Of a stretch of DNA of 37,769 nucleotides, positions 18,377-27,265 are shown piece by piece; the stretch's first letter is position 1, and each line of letters starts with the position of its first letter. The notes under the pieces were generated by a model. It was given only the letters and a program-made list of their open reading frames with translations, was not told where the DNA came from and did no database searches. Origin of the DNA: a virus (lineage: Duplodnaviria; Caudoviricetes); the IMG/VR virus record IMGVR_UViG_3300010361_000024, positions 1 through 37,769 of that record; one strand, given 5' to 3'. The position numbers were made by a program, and so were the translations under genes.

Positions 18377-19456
18377 ATGCTCGCCATTTTGCCGATCTCG
18401 ACCGACTTCAGCGACGGCAACTTGCACGGTTGGACAACCGCGTCGGGACCCGCGCCCGTGGTTGTCGCCGTGACCGGGCAATCCTTTCCCCAGGCGATCA
18501 CAGTTTCGGGGCGCGATAGTGTCAACCCCGCGATCCTGCATCCTGGCGCGGTACAGGTAAAGGTGACCGGATGGTTGAATGGCGCCGGCTTGGCCGGGCA
18601 CCCCAGCGACGGCAACTCGTGGAAAGTTTCGCTCGGGGTCCTAAGCATGCCCGGTTATAACTGGCAAACGAGCGCGGCATTGCAGATCGCCGCGGGCACG
18701 GGTTGGACCTTTGTGTCAGATATTTTGACCTTGCCCGCGGGCGCGACGTTGCAGGCCTGGGTGCAAGTCGACGCGGCGACCATCACCCCCTATTACGCCC
18801 AGGCCGCGGTGCTCAACTTCGCGCTCTATTATGGCACCACCCCGGTCATCGCCTTGCCCTCGGACACGATTCCCGGGGTGACGGCGCCGAGCTCGATCGA
18901 GTGGCGACCGCACGAGTATGTCGCCGCGACCGAATCGCCCTTCACCGGGCAAATGCAGGTTTTCGACTGGCAACAATCGCGACTCGATGCGCAAGTAAGT
19001 TTCCCTCCCATGACCCGCCGCTCGCGTGACGCCTGGGCGGCCTTTGTGCGCTCATGCCGCGGCCCCTTGCACGTGTTTCAAATGGGCGACCCGCGCGCCG
19101 CCTTGCCCAAAGGCTCGGGCCTGGGCGCGCCCGCGGTCGACGGGGCGGGGCAAAAAGGTTATGCGCTCGCCTCGCGGGGATGGCCCGCCAACGCGCGCTC
19201 ACTCTTGTTGCCCGGCGACAACATCCAAATCGGGTATCGGCTCTATAGCGTCGACTCGCCGGTCAACGCCGACAACAACGGCAAAGCAACGCTGCGCGTT
19301 TGGCCGCCCCTGCGCGACTTGCCCCCCGACGGGGCCGTCATCGTCATGCGCAATTGCAAAGGCCTGTTCCGGCTCGCGCAGGCCTCGGGTAACCACGATT
19401 CGGTGAATGCCGCCGACTACGGTTTCAGCGGGTTTGAAATCCGCGAGGCCCTCTGA
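18377..19456 (+). CDS. Distal tail (Dit)-like protein with N-terminal carbohydrate-binding-like domain
   Basis: C-terminal part SPFTGQMQVFDW...VSFPPM...RG....F..GDP...GDNIQIG..LY...VWPPLR is typical of genes following the tape measure; extra ~155-aa N-terminal beta domain. Confidence 0.7.
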   Translation: MLAILPISTDFSDGNLHGWTTASGPAPVVVAVTGQSFPQAITVSGRDSVNPAILHPGAVQVKVTGWLNGAGLAGHPSDGNSWKVSLGVLSMPGYNWQTSAALQIAAGTGWTFVSDILTLPAGATLQAWVQVDAATITPYYAQAAVLNFALYYGTTPVIALPSDTIPGVTAPSSIEWRPHEYVAATESPFTGQMQVFDWQQSRLDAQVSFPPMTRRSRDAWAAFVRSCRGPLHVFQMGDPRAALPKGSGLGAPAVDGAGQKGYALASRGWPANARSLLLPGDNIQIGYRLYSVDSPVNADNNGKATLRVWPPLRDLPPDGAVIVMRNCKGLFRLAQASGNHDSVNAADYGFSGFEIREAL

Positions 19457-19472
19457 TGGAGGCGCGCCTCTA

Positions 19473-20057
19473 ATGCCGCGCAACATGACCGGGCCGGTCG
19501 CCGCGGCCCTATGTGCGCCCGCGGTGCGCATCGCCATCCTGGCGGCGATGCAATTCGCCGACAACCTCGTGCGGGTCTGGTCGGGCCTGGGGCCTCTCAC
19601 GCTCACCGACGGCACCGTGTTTCAGGGGGTCGGCACTCTGGGCGACGTGGGCACCATCTCGGAGGATTCGAGCGTCGAGGCCAAAGGCGTGACGCTCTCC
19701 TTGTCGTCCATCCCGAGCGATACCATGAGCGAGATTTTGAGCGAGATGCGTTTGCTCGGCAAGGTGCAGGTTTGGCTCGCGGTGTTCGACGAGAGCGGCG
19801 CGATCATCCCCGACCCGGTTTTGATTTATCAGGGCAACATGGACACCGGCTCAATCACCGACGCGGGCGACACCTGCACCGCGACCATTGCGGTCGAGAA
19901 CGTGTTAGTCGATCTCAACCGCGACGTGTTTCGCCGCTATACCAATGACGACCAACAAAGCGAGTACCCCGGCGATACGGCGATGCAATATGTCGCGGGG
20001 TTGCAAGAGCAAATCACCTTTTGGGGCAAGTCGCCCTCGTCGGTCAACAATGTCTGA
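19473..20057 (+). CDS. Minor tail/baseplate hub protein (gpL-like)
   Basis: RVWSGLG, F.GVG.LG, RRYTNDDQQSEYPGD...YV..LQ...FWG. Confidence 0.8.
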   Translation: MPRNMTGPVAAALCAPAVRIAILAAMQFADNLVRVWSGLGPLTLTDGTVFQGVGTLGDVGTISEDSSVEAKGVTLSLSSIPSDTMSEILSEMRLLGKVQVWLAVFDESGAIIPDPVLIYQGNMDTGSITDAGDTCTATIAVENVLVDLNRDVFRRYTNDDQQSEYPGDTAMQYVAGLQEQITFWGKSPSSVNNV

Positions 20058-20487
20058 TTTGCGCCGCCTCTCCGACTGGCAAACCCGCTTAAGCGAATAT
20101 CTCGTCGCCTGCGCGCACCAACGCTTCGAGTACGGGGTGCTGGATTGCGGTTTGTTCGTCGCCGACGCCATCGCGGTCATGACCGGCACCGATGTGGCTC
20201 GCCCCCTGCGCGGCAACTATCACTCGCGCGCTGAGGCCTTTCACCTGATGCGCGCCTTATGCGGGCGGGCCGCGCTCGATACGCTGGCGAGCAATATTGC
20301 CTCTGCCTATCACCTCCGCGAGATCGAGCCCCCCTTTGCGGGCCGCGGCGATGCGGTGGTGATCGGGCGGGGGCGCGGGTCGCGCCTGGGGCTCGTGTCC
20401 TTGCAAGGCGAGCTCTTGACTCCTTACGAGGCCGGCATCTTGCGCTTGCCGATCGTGCACGCCACGCGCGCATGGGAAATCGGATAA
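20050..20487 (+). CDS. NlpC/P60-like tail tip assembly protein (DUF6950-like)
   Basis: DWQTRL, FEYGVLDCGLFVADAIAVMTGTD, RGDAV. Confidence 0.8.
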   Translation: MSDLRRLSDWQTRLSEYLVACAHQRFEYGVLDCGLFVADAIAVMTGTDVARPLRGNYHSRAEAFHLMRALCGRAALDTLASNIASAYHLREIEPPFAGRGDAVVIGRGRGSRLGLVSLQGELLTPYEAGILRLPIVHATRAWEIG

Positions 20488-20491
20488 GAGA

Positions 20492-23461
20492 ATGGCGAAA
20501 GCAGTTACAGAAATCGCAATCGGGGCCGCGGCCATCGGCGCGGCGATTGCCATCCCGGGGGGCGGCATCGCCATCGGCACGCTCATGATCTCCCACGCCG
20601 CCGCGGTCGGCGCGCTCGTGTCGCTCTCGGGCTCGATGATCATGTCGGGCATTGCCGACGCGCTCAAAAAAAATCAAGGCGGCCTCGCGGTCGCGGTCAC
20701 CACGCCGATCGGCGCGCACGGGTATGTGTACGGAGAGCAAAAGGTCGGCGGCGTCGAAATCTTTCGCCAATCGAACAACTCCCAGGGCACGAGCAACAAC
20801 AAGGAATTGCACCGCGTCTATGTGCTCGCCTGTCACCCCTGCAACTTGACCTCGTGGCAACTTAGAATCGACGGGCGGCAAGTGTTGGTGCGCCCGAGCT
20901 CGACCGGCGCGGGTTGGGATTCCTATCCCCCGGCGCAAATATCCGCGGGCATCTCGTCGATGACCCGCGACGCGAACGGGGTCGTGACCGTGCATCTAAG
21001 TGCCGACGTGCCCGGGCAAGATGGCAACTCGATTCAAATCACCTATGCGAACGACAATACGTTCAACGGGGTTTGGATTGTGACCCAACCCAACAAGACC
21101 GACCCGAGAACGTATACGTTCATTTGCGGCGGCGTGCCGACCACGACCTCGGGCGGGCAATTCTCGACGCTTTACTCCAATTACAAAGACAAAATTCACA
21201 TCGAGTTGCTCGACGGCACGCACGCGGCAACCTTCCCCGGGTTGCTCGCGAGTAACACCTCATGGAAAGCGAGCGACAAAGGTTTGGGGCGCACGCTCGC
21301 CTATGTGCGCATGGGGTACGACGATTCGGTCTTTCCGAGCTCCATACCGAACGTGTCGTTCGTGATTCGCGGCAAGAAAGACATACTCGACCCGCGCACC
21401 GGCACGCGCATATATACCAACAACGCCGCCTTGTGCATCGCCGATTACCTTGCCATGCCCGCGACCAAAGGCGGGTTCGGGCTCACCATCGGCACCGACA
21501 TCCCGACCGCGCAGTTGAGCGCCGCGGCCAATATCTGCGACGAGTTGGTGCCCCTGGCCGCGGGCGGGACCGTCAAGCGATACACGTGCAACACGTTTTT
21601 TCAACTCAACGCCACGCGCGGCTCGATCTTGCAACAAATGTTGACCTCGTGCGCGGGGCGCATTTCCTATCAAGGCGGGCAATTCTCGATTTTCCCCGGG
21701 GCCTGGGTGGGGCCGACCCTGCAACTCAGCGAGGCCGATCTCATCGGCCCGATCGAGTGGCGGCCGCGGCACTCGATTCGCGACACGTGCAACGCCATCA
21801 AGGGCACCTATGTGTCGCCGGAGAATGCCTATCAACAGGCCGACGTGCCGCCCTATATGCAGAATTACCAACGGCATTATGGGGCGATCACCGACCCCGG
21901 GCAAGGCGACCGATGGTTGGTCGAGGACGGGCTCGAACGCATTTTTAAAGACGCCAATTTTCCCTGCACCGACAACGCCGCGACCGCGCAACGATTGGCA
22001 AAGATCGCCTTGATGCGCATTCGCAATCAAGGCCGCGGAACACTGCGTTGTAATATGCGCGCCTATCAGGCGGTCGCGCTCGACGTGATTCAACTCACCC
22101 ACGCGCGCTATGGATGGACCAACAAGAACCTCGAAGTGTTGGCCGACCGTCTGGTGGTCGACAAAACCAAAGGCGGCGCGCCCGTGCTGGCCGTCGAGCT
22201 CGATGTCGCCGAGACCGACTCGACGGGGTTTGATTGGGCGACGACCGAGGAATTGAGCCCGCAAGGGTTCACGCAACCCGTCGCCCCCGGCGCGCAGATC
22301 GCGCAACCCCCCGAGAACGTGACCCTCTACTCGGGGCCGGGCGCGACCATCTCGGGGGTGACCTATCCCTCGACCGTGACCGTGGGGGCCGACGGGCGCG
22401 TCTCCAATGCGCTTTATTGCGCCTGGATCACGCCTAACGATGCATACGTGATTGCCGGCGGGCATATCGAGGTGCAATGGCAACCGAGCGGGGCCGCGGC
22501 CTTTCTGCCTTTCGGCAAGTTCGACCCCTCGGTGAACTCGTGTTTCATTACCCCCGTGAGCGACGGCGCGCAATACAACGTGCGGGTGCGCGCGGTGAAC
22601 TGCATCGCGGTCCCGTCGATATGGATCACGGTCGGCCCGGCGACCGTCTCCTCGGCCTATTCGACGGTGAGTTACTCGGGCGTGCCGGTCGCGCCCGCGG
22701 GCACCTTGAGCGCGCAAGGCCTGGCCGACGGCAGTGCGCAAATCTCGATCTCGGCGTTTACGCCGCCTTTCGGCGGGGCCTGCACGCCCTCGCCCAACCT
22801 GCTCACCGGGCTCAATCAAGCCCAACTCTATTACGTGTATTACATCGACGCGGCCATGACCGGCGGCACCATCACCCCCATTGCGACCCAGAACAAAGGC
22901 GACTTTTCCAACAAGACCGGATATTTCCTCATCGGCTCGATCACCACTCCGACCTATACGCCGCGCTATCAACCGACGAGTTATCACGACACCGGGTCGA
23001 GCACGACCACGACCCCCGCCGCGGCCTATGACAACAACACCACCACGACCGCGATCGTGGGCGCGAGTCTGTGGAGTGTGATTGCGGGCATCGGGCCGCC
23101 CCCCAATCCGCAGTATTACTATCAGACCGCGACCGGCGACTGTATTTTCTCCGGGTTCGCCGCGGTCGCCGCCGGCGCGGCGTTGACCTTGCACGTGGTC
23201 GCCAGTACGACGGACGCGAACCTTCCCGCGGCGGCGAGTTGGTATGGCAACATCGTCGTGCACGTGGGCGGCACCAACACGACCCTGGCGACGTTTAGTG
23301 CGACGACCGCGCAAACCGATTACACCATGACGATCGCCGCGGGCACGGTGCTCTCGACTATTTCGATCGAGATTTACGTGAATATCAACGCGCCGACCCC
23401 GGGGCAAACCCAATACACCGGCACGGCGTCGGTGCGCCCGTTCGAGATTTACATCCAGTGA
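20492..23461 (+). CDS. Tail tip/central fibre protein (gpJ-like)
   Basis: VYGEQKVGG, IPNVSFVIRGKK..DPR, NAALCIADYL, AANICDE, AQRLAKIAL, FN3-like YNVRVRAVN. Confidence 0.92.
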   Translation: MAKAVTEIAIGAAAIGAAIAIPGGGIAIGTLMISHAAAVGALVSLSGSMIMSGIADALKKNQGGLAVAVTTPIGAHGYVYGEQKVGGVEIFRQSNNSQGTSNNKELHRVYVLACHPCNLTSWQLRIDGRQVLVRPSSTGAGWDSYPPAQISAGISSMTRDANGVVTVHLSADVPGQDGNSIQITYANDNTFNGVWIVTQPNKTDPRTYTFICGGVPTTTSGGQFSTLYSNYKDKIHIELLDGTHAATFPGLLASNTSWKASDKGLGRTLAYVRMGYDDSVFPSSIPNVSFVIRGKKDILDPRTGTRIYTNNAALCIADYLAMPATKGGFGLTIGTDIPTAQLSAAANICDELVPLAAGGTVKRYTCNTFFQLNATRGSILQQMLTSCAGRISYQGGQFSIFPGAWVGPTLQLSEADLIGPIEWRPRHSIRDTCNAIKGTYVSPENAYQQADVPPYMQNYQRHYGAITDPGQGDRWLVEDGLERIFKDANFPCTDNAATAQRLAKIALMRIRNQGRGTLRCNMRAYQAVALDVIQLTHARYGWTNKNLEVLADRLVVDKTKGGAPVLAVELDVAETDSTGFDWATTEELSPQGFTQPVAPGAQIAQPPENVTLYSGPGATISGVTYPSTVTVGADGRVSNALYCAWITPNDAYVIAGGHIEVQWQPSGAAAFLPFGKFDPSVNSCFITPVSDGAQYNVRVRAVNCIAVPSIWITVGPATVSSAYSTVSYSGVPVAPAGTLSAQGLADGSAQISISAFTPPFGGACTPSPNLLTGLNQAQLYYVYYIDAAMTGGTITPIATQNKGDFSNKTGYFLIGSITTPTYTPRYQPTSYHDTGSSTTTTPAAAYDNNTTTTAIVGASLWSVIAGIGPPPNPQYYYQTATGDCIFSGFAAVAAGAALTLHVVASTTDANLPAAASWYGNIVVHVGGTNTTLATFSATTAQTDYTMTIAAGTVLSTISIEIYVNINAPTPGQTQYTGTASVRPFEIYIQ

Positions 23462-24013
23462 TCAACCCGCCTGTTCTTGGGCGGCGTGGATGGTTGCCAA
23501 TGCCGCATAGCAGCGGGTGCAGATGATGACCGTCTCGGGGCGCGCGGCGAGCATTTCTTGCGAGGGCGGGGCGAGCCCCACGAGGCGCGCACACACGTTG
23601 CATTGGGATTGCATCGCCCCGCGCTCGATCATGTTTTCCCAGGGCGCGGCGACGATCGGCACGGGCATCGCGGGCGCGTCGGCCTCGTGGGGTTGGTCCG
23701 CATCGAGCGAGATGTATTTGCCCTCAAGGGTGCGATAGTCGATCGGGTTGTCGGCGGCGAGCTCGTCGAGGGTCGAGGAGAGCAAGTGCGCGCAACGGGC
23801 GCAGGCGATGCAGGCGTCGGGGTAAACCCGCACCTCGTTGAACTCGCGCACGGTGAGGCCGACGAGCGAACCGCAAAAGCGGCAGCGCGCGAGGGTCGTG
23901 TTTTGGGCGTTGGTCCATTGCGCGGCGACGATCAGTTTTGGGACCCTGGGCGTGGAGGCGGGCGCGTCGTTGTGTATGGTCGTCAAGGTTGGTTGCTCCT
24001 GAGTGGGTTTCAC
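23462..24013 (-). CDS. Hypothetical protein with two CxxC...CxxC repeats
   Basis: IVAAQW..CRFCGSLVGL..CARC and IVAAPW..CNVCARLVGL..CTRC. Confidence 0.7.
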   Translation of the reverse strand: MKPTQEQPTLTTIHNDAPASTPRVPKLIVAAQWTNAQNTTLARCRFCGSLVGLTVREFNEVRVYPDACIACARCAHLLSSTLDELAADNPIDYRTLEGKYISLDADQPHEADAPAMPVPIVAAPWENMIERGAMQSQCNVCARLVGLAPPSQEMLAARPETVIICTRCYAALATIHAAQEQAG

Positions 24014-24054
24014 GTCCCGGCGTGCGAATTCCTGTCATAGTACACGATGCGGTT

Positions 24055-24339
24055 ATGAATGCCTTCGATCTTATCACCGATATTTTTGCGCGCCCCCAGG
24101 CCGACACCGAGGCCAACGTGCGCCGCCTTACGCCTGCACAGTTGACGTATCTGCGCGATCTCATCGAGGCCGAGGGACCGACCGAGGCGATTGAATACCG
24201 GCGCAACGGTTTGGTCTGGTCGCCCGCGGGTCGGCACAAATACATACTCGCCGAGGACCTCTCCGCTCGGCGGCGCGCGGTGCACACCGTCACCCGTTTG
24301 TCGAACCTCACCCCGACCGGCGCAGGCCGACTCTTTTGA
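24055..24339 (+). CDS. Hypothetical protein
   Basis: ATG ORF MNAFDLITDIFARPQ...; protein-like composition. Confidence 0.6.
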   Translation: MNAFDLITDIFARPQADTEANVRRLTPAQLTYLRDLIEAEGPTEAIEYRRNGLVWSPAGRHKYILAEDLSARRRAVHTVTRLSNLTPTGAGRLF

Positions 24340-24356
24340 GAATGGAGAAAACACCC

Positions 24357-24713
24357 ATGCCGAAAACTATTGCCAGCGAAACCATCAAGGCGGCAATCAA
24401 TCAGATCGAGGCGGGGCGCGACGCGATCGAGGCCGAGCTCGCCGGGCTCAACAACTTGCAACTCACGGTCGCCAACATTCGCGCCTTGCTCGATGCCATC
24501 ACCCGCGCGACCCAGGCGATCGCCGCGGTCACGCCGAGCCCGAGCGATGATGATGCGCCGCCCGCGGAGAGCATTGCGCCGGCGGTCATCGAGGCCGCCA
24601 ATGCCGTGCCCAGGCCTGCGCCCGAGCCCCAACCCGAGCCCGCCAGTGTCGCGCCGCGGCCCGTGGTCGCGCGCGCCGCGCCGGCTACAACGGCGAAACC
24701 GCATCGTCGATGA
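24357..24713 (+). CDS. Hypothetical coiled-coil protein with Pro/Ala-rich tail
   Basis: GGAG RBS; heptad-like N-terminal half. Confidence 0.65.
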   Translation: MPKTIASETIKAAINQIEAGRDAIEAELAGLNNLQLTVANIRALLDAITRATQAIAAVTPSPSDDDAPPAESIAPAVIEAANAVPRPAPEPQPEPASVAPRPVVARAAPATTAKPHRR

Positions 24714-24885
24714 ATTGCCCGCTCGTGAGTTGGGCGTCGATGCGCTCGAAATTATTGGCCGCCTGTTCTTTCACCATTCGCGCGCGCTCGAAGGCGAGTT
24801 CGGCGGCCTCATACATTTTGAAAGCGAGATCGAGATCGGCGACCGCGTATTGGCGATCGCGAGTGAGATCGGAGCGGAGTTTCAT
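24685..24885 (-). CDS. Small helical hypothetical protein
   Basis: 66-aa ATG ORF downstream of the RHH gene, same strand. Confidence 0.5.
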   Translation of the reverse strand: MKLRSDLTRDRQYAVADLDLAFKMYEAAELAFERARMVKEQAANNFERIDAQLTSGQFIDDAVSPL

Positions 24886-24930
24886 GAGGTGAGGACGTTC
24901 GAAACGACGGAAGGGTTTCGTTGCAGAGGT

Positions 24931-25098
24931 TTAGTGTTTTCTTCGCTCGGCGGCAGAATGATTCTCCTCTTCGATAAAGCGGGCCAGTGCCAGTCGCACA
25001 ATGTTGGTTATGCTGATGCCGAGTTTTTGCGACAAGCGCACGACGGCGGCGTATTGGGCGGAGCTAAGGCGAAGCGTAAAAGGGTGTGATTTGCCCAT
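24931..25098 (-). CDS. Ribbon-helix-helix (CopG/Arc-like) regulator; not in ORF track
   Basis: Manual translation MGKSHPFTLRLSSAQYAAVVRLSQKLGISITNIVRLALARFIEEENHSAAERRKH (55 aa): alternating strand FTLRL, helix, G.S, IVR.AL. Confidence 0.8.
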   Translation of the reverse strand: MGKSHPFTLRLSSAQYAAVVRLSQKLGISITNIVRLALARFIEEENHSAAERRKH

Positions 25099-25152
25099 AC
25101 TTGTTCACTCTAGTGCGGGATTTTGGTGACAAACGGTGAGAACTGATACCTC

Positions 25153-25189
25153 TTTTCTCTTGACAGGAGAAAACAGCAAGCTCTAATAT
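25153..25189 (+). promoter_or_regulatory. Sigma70-type promoter with palindromic operator over -35
   Basis: TTGACA 25160-65, TAATAT 25184-89; TTTTCTC-N7-GAGAAAA inverted repeat 25153-25173. Confidence 0.6.
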
Positions 25190-25261
25190 GTTGCGATGTT
25201 TTTCCCAGTTCTGCCTTTTGTCCTCATTTGTACAAAAACAAAAATAGAAATTCAGAGATGA

Positions 25262-25585
25262 AGCAGGATTAGGGCACCAATCCAATGCAGCGGGACACCC
25301 CGTGCGTCGTGTGTCCCTCGTCGTAATGGCGAGTGGGGCGCGAAACGACTCGCAAGAGCATAATCGCTCGATCAACAAAAAAGCGGGAAGGCGAGCACCC
25401 TTTTCGCGGCGCGCGTTCAGCACGAGGTCGGTTCTTTGCGAGCCTCGTTTATTTTCTCGTCGTGTGTGCCTGGGGCATGGGAACCCCAAGGAACACTCCC
25501 CCAATCCGTGCGCTGCTCAACTCCTGGGCGACTTCGCCCCGGGCGCGCACACTTACCCCTCGGATGGCCGAAATTGGATTGCTGA
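25262..25585 (+). ncRNA. Candidate structured RNA / long 5' leader of xis
   Basis: At least 6 consecutive stems plus a 15-bp helix 25462-76/25536-50; no convincing ORF. Confidence 0.45.
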
Positions 25586-25589
25586 ATTT

Positions 25590-25847
25590 ATGACCCTCGA
25601 AAAGTTGCTATACACCCGCGAGATGGCCGCGGAAATACTGAGTCTCTCGGTGCGCGCAATCGACTATTACCTCGCGCGCGGCGAGCTCGTCGCAAAACTG
25701 GTGGGGCGCAAAGTCTTGATCACCCGGGCCTCGGTTCTGGCCTTTGCCCGCGGCGATCACCCCGAACCCGTGAAACCTCCCTCGAAACCTCCCAGGCGCG
25801 AGGGCGCAGGCGCGGCCCTGGCGAATGGTGAGAGCGGCTCGAATTGA
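25590..25847 (+). CDS. xis: Excisionase-like HTH protein
   Basis: LLYTREMAAEILSLSVRAIDYYLARGEL.AKLVGRKVLI; upstream of the integrase. Confidence 0.85.
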   Translation: MTLEKLLYTREMAAEILSLSVRAIDYYLARGELVAKLVGRKVLITRASVLAFARGDHPEPVKPPSKPPRREGAGAALANGESGSN

Positions 25848-25861
25848 AATGCCTTTTGGCG

Positions 25862-25907
25862 CGGGGGCACCCCAACACAAACTCCCCGGGGGTGTCCCCG
25901 TTTTTTT
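25862..25907 (+). terminator. Intrinsic terminator between xis and int
   Basis: CGGGGGCACCCC / GGGGTGTCCCCG stem followed by T7. Confidence 0.75.
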
Positions 25908-25927
25908 GCCCCAGGCGGGCGCGGCCA

Positions 25928-25983
25928 TTTGGTGCCGGTTTGGAGTGCACCGGCCTCATTTTGGTACACTGGTCTGGCACCAA
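25928..25983 (+). promoter_or_regulatory. Probable int promoter flanked by arm-type repeats
   Basis: Extended -10 TGgTACACT 25962-70, between TTTGGTGCCGGTTT (25928-41) and CTGGCACCAA (25974-83). Confidence 0.5.
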
Positions 25984-26013
25984 TTTTGACGGCAAAGGAC
26001 AAGGGCAAAAAAC

Positions 26014-27192
26014 ATGGGCAAGTTAAACGGCAAGAACCTCGGCAAAGGCATCTTTGTGAGAGACGGGGTTCACTGGATTCGCTACGTGGACATCAACGGC
26101 AAAGAGATCAGAGAAAAGTGCGGCGGGCTCTCCATCGCCAAGGAGCGGCTCGCCATTCGCCGCGGCGAAAAGGCCAAAGGCCTCGAACCCGAGCGGCGAT
26201 CGAACATTTTGTTTTCCACCCTGGTTGCGGATGCGGTCGCGCACATCGAAACCGAGTACACCCCCAAGGGTCGGGAAAGCGTGAAATACATCCTCGCCCG
26301 CCTCGATCAGGAATTCGGCCCGCGGCGCGCCGACACCATTCGCCAACAAGAAATCATCGCTTGGCTGGCGAAGATGCAAAAGTCGCTGGGTTGGTCGGCC
26401 TCCACGCGCAACAAGCATCAAACCGCCTTCTCGCTCGTCTATCGCCTGGGCGTGACCAACAAAAAGATTCGCGAGTCGGCGGCCAAAGGCATCGCGCGGC
26501 AATCGGAAAAGGCCGCGGCCCGCGAGCGTTATCTCTCCCCCGACGAAGAGGCGCGCTTGACCGCGGTGATCGGCAAGCGGTATCCGACCTACTTGCCGAT
26601 TTTCCAACTCGCCATCCACGGCGGTTATCGCCGCTCGGAACAGTTGCGCTCGGTGGTCGGCGACCTCCACCCCGACACGCACATGCTTTGCATTCACCAA
26701 AGGAAAACCCAAAGTTTACCGGCGACCCGCTACGTGCCCGCCTCGCCGATCGCGATCGCTGCCTATAACGCGCTCGCCCAGGGCAAGGCGAAGGGCGCGA
26801 AACTCTGCAACAAAATGCGCTACGGCACGTCGGACACGCTGGAGATGAACACCACGCGCAATTGGTTCGACCGCGCCCGCGCCGAGGCCGGGGTGGAAAA
26901 TTTCAACTGGCACGATTTGCGGCACACGTTCGCGTCGCGTTTGGTGACCGCGGGCGTGCCCCTGCGCGTCGTCGCTGATTACCTGGGGCACGCCAACATC
27001 CAAATGACCATGCGCTACTCGCATTTGTGCCCCGGCAACCACGACGCCGCCCGCGCCGCGCTCATGGCGAGCTATGCCGAGCCCGAGGTCGCGCCCGCGG
27101 CCTCGCGCCCGCGCCGCAAGAGCGCGGCCCGCCTGCCACAAAAGGCGACGGGCACCTTCGGCGTGATTCGCGGGGGGCGCGCCGCGCGCTAA
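26014..27192 (+). CDS. int: Tyrosine integrase
   Basis: RERYLSPDE, GYRRSE, WHDLRHTFASRL, LGH, MTMRYSHL. Confidence 0.97.
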   Translation: MGKLNGKNLGKGIFVRDGVHWIRYVDINGKEIREKCGGLSIAKERLAIRRGEKAKGLEPERRSNILFSTLVADAVAHIETEYTPKGRESVKYILARLDQEFGPRRADTIRQQEIIAWLAKMQKSLGWSASTRNKHQTAFSLVYRLGVTNKKIRESAAKGIARQSEKAAARERYLSPDEEARLTAVIGKRYPTYLPIFQLAIHGGYRRSEQLRSVVGDLHPDTHMLCIHQRKTQSLPATRYVPASPIAIAAYNALAQGKAKGAKLCNKMRYGTSDTLEMNTTRNWFDRARAEAGVENFNWHDLRHTFASRLVTAGVPLRVVADYLGHANIQMTMRYSHLCPGNHDAARAALMASYAEPEVAPAASRPRRKSAARLPQKATGTFGVIRGGRAAR

Positions 27193-27215
27193 ACCCGACA
27201 ACCAACAAAACCACG

Positions 27216-27248
27216 ACCAAGGCCCCGGCACCGTGCCGGGGCCTTGGT
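27216..27248. repeat. Perfect 16-bp inverted repeat after int
   Basis: ACCAAGGCCCCGGCAC-C-GTGCCGGGGCCTTGGT. Confidence 0.8.
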
Positions 27249-27265
27249 GCGTTTGGGGGGATGAG

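Noticed and set aside
20050-20487. Endolysin
   Set aside because: Position between hub and tail tip genes and its motif fit the tail-assembly NlpC/P60-like family.
21260-23413. 717-aa reverse-strand ORF (and similar ones such as 12590..13528 and 23724..24704)
   Set aside because: Antisense shadows of real genes in GC-rich DNA; Arg/Gly-rich with no motifs.
25292-25317. Initiator iteron half-sites (GGGACA/TGTCCC) in the xis leader
   Set aside because: Only 6-7 bp, with opposite arrangement and different spacing; explained as an RNA stem.
25302-25589. 96-aa N-terminal extension of Xis
   Set aside because: Non-protein-like sequence; the HTH begins right after ATG 25590.
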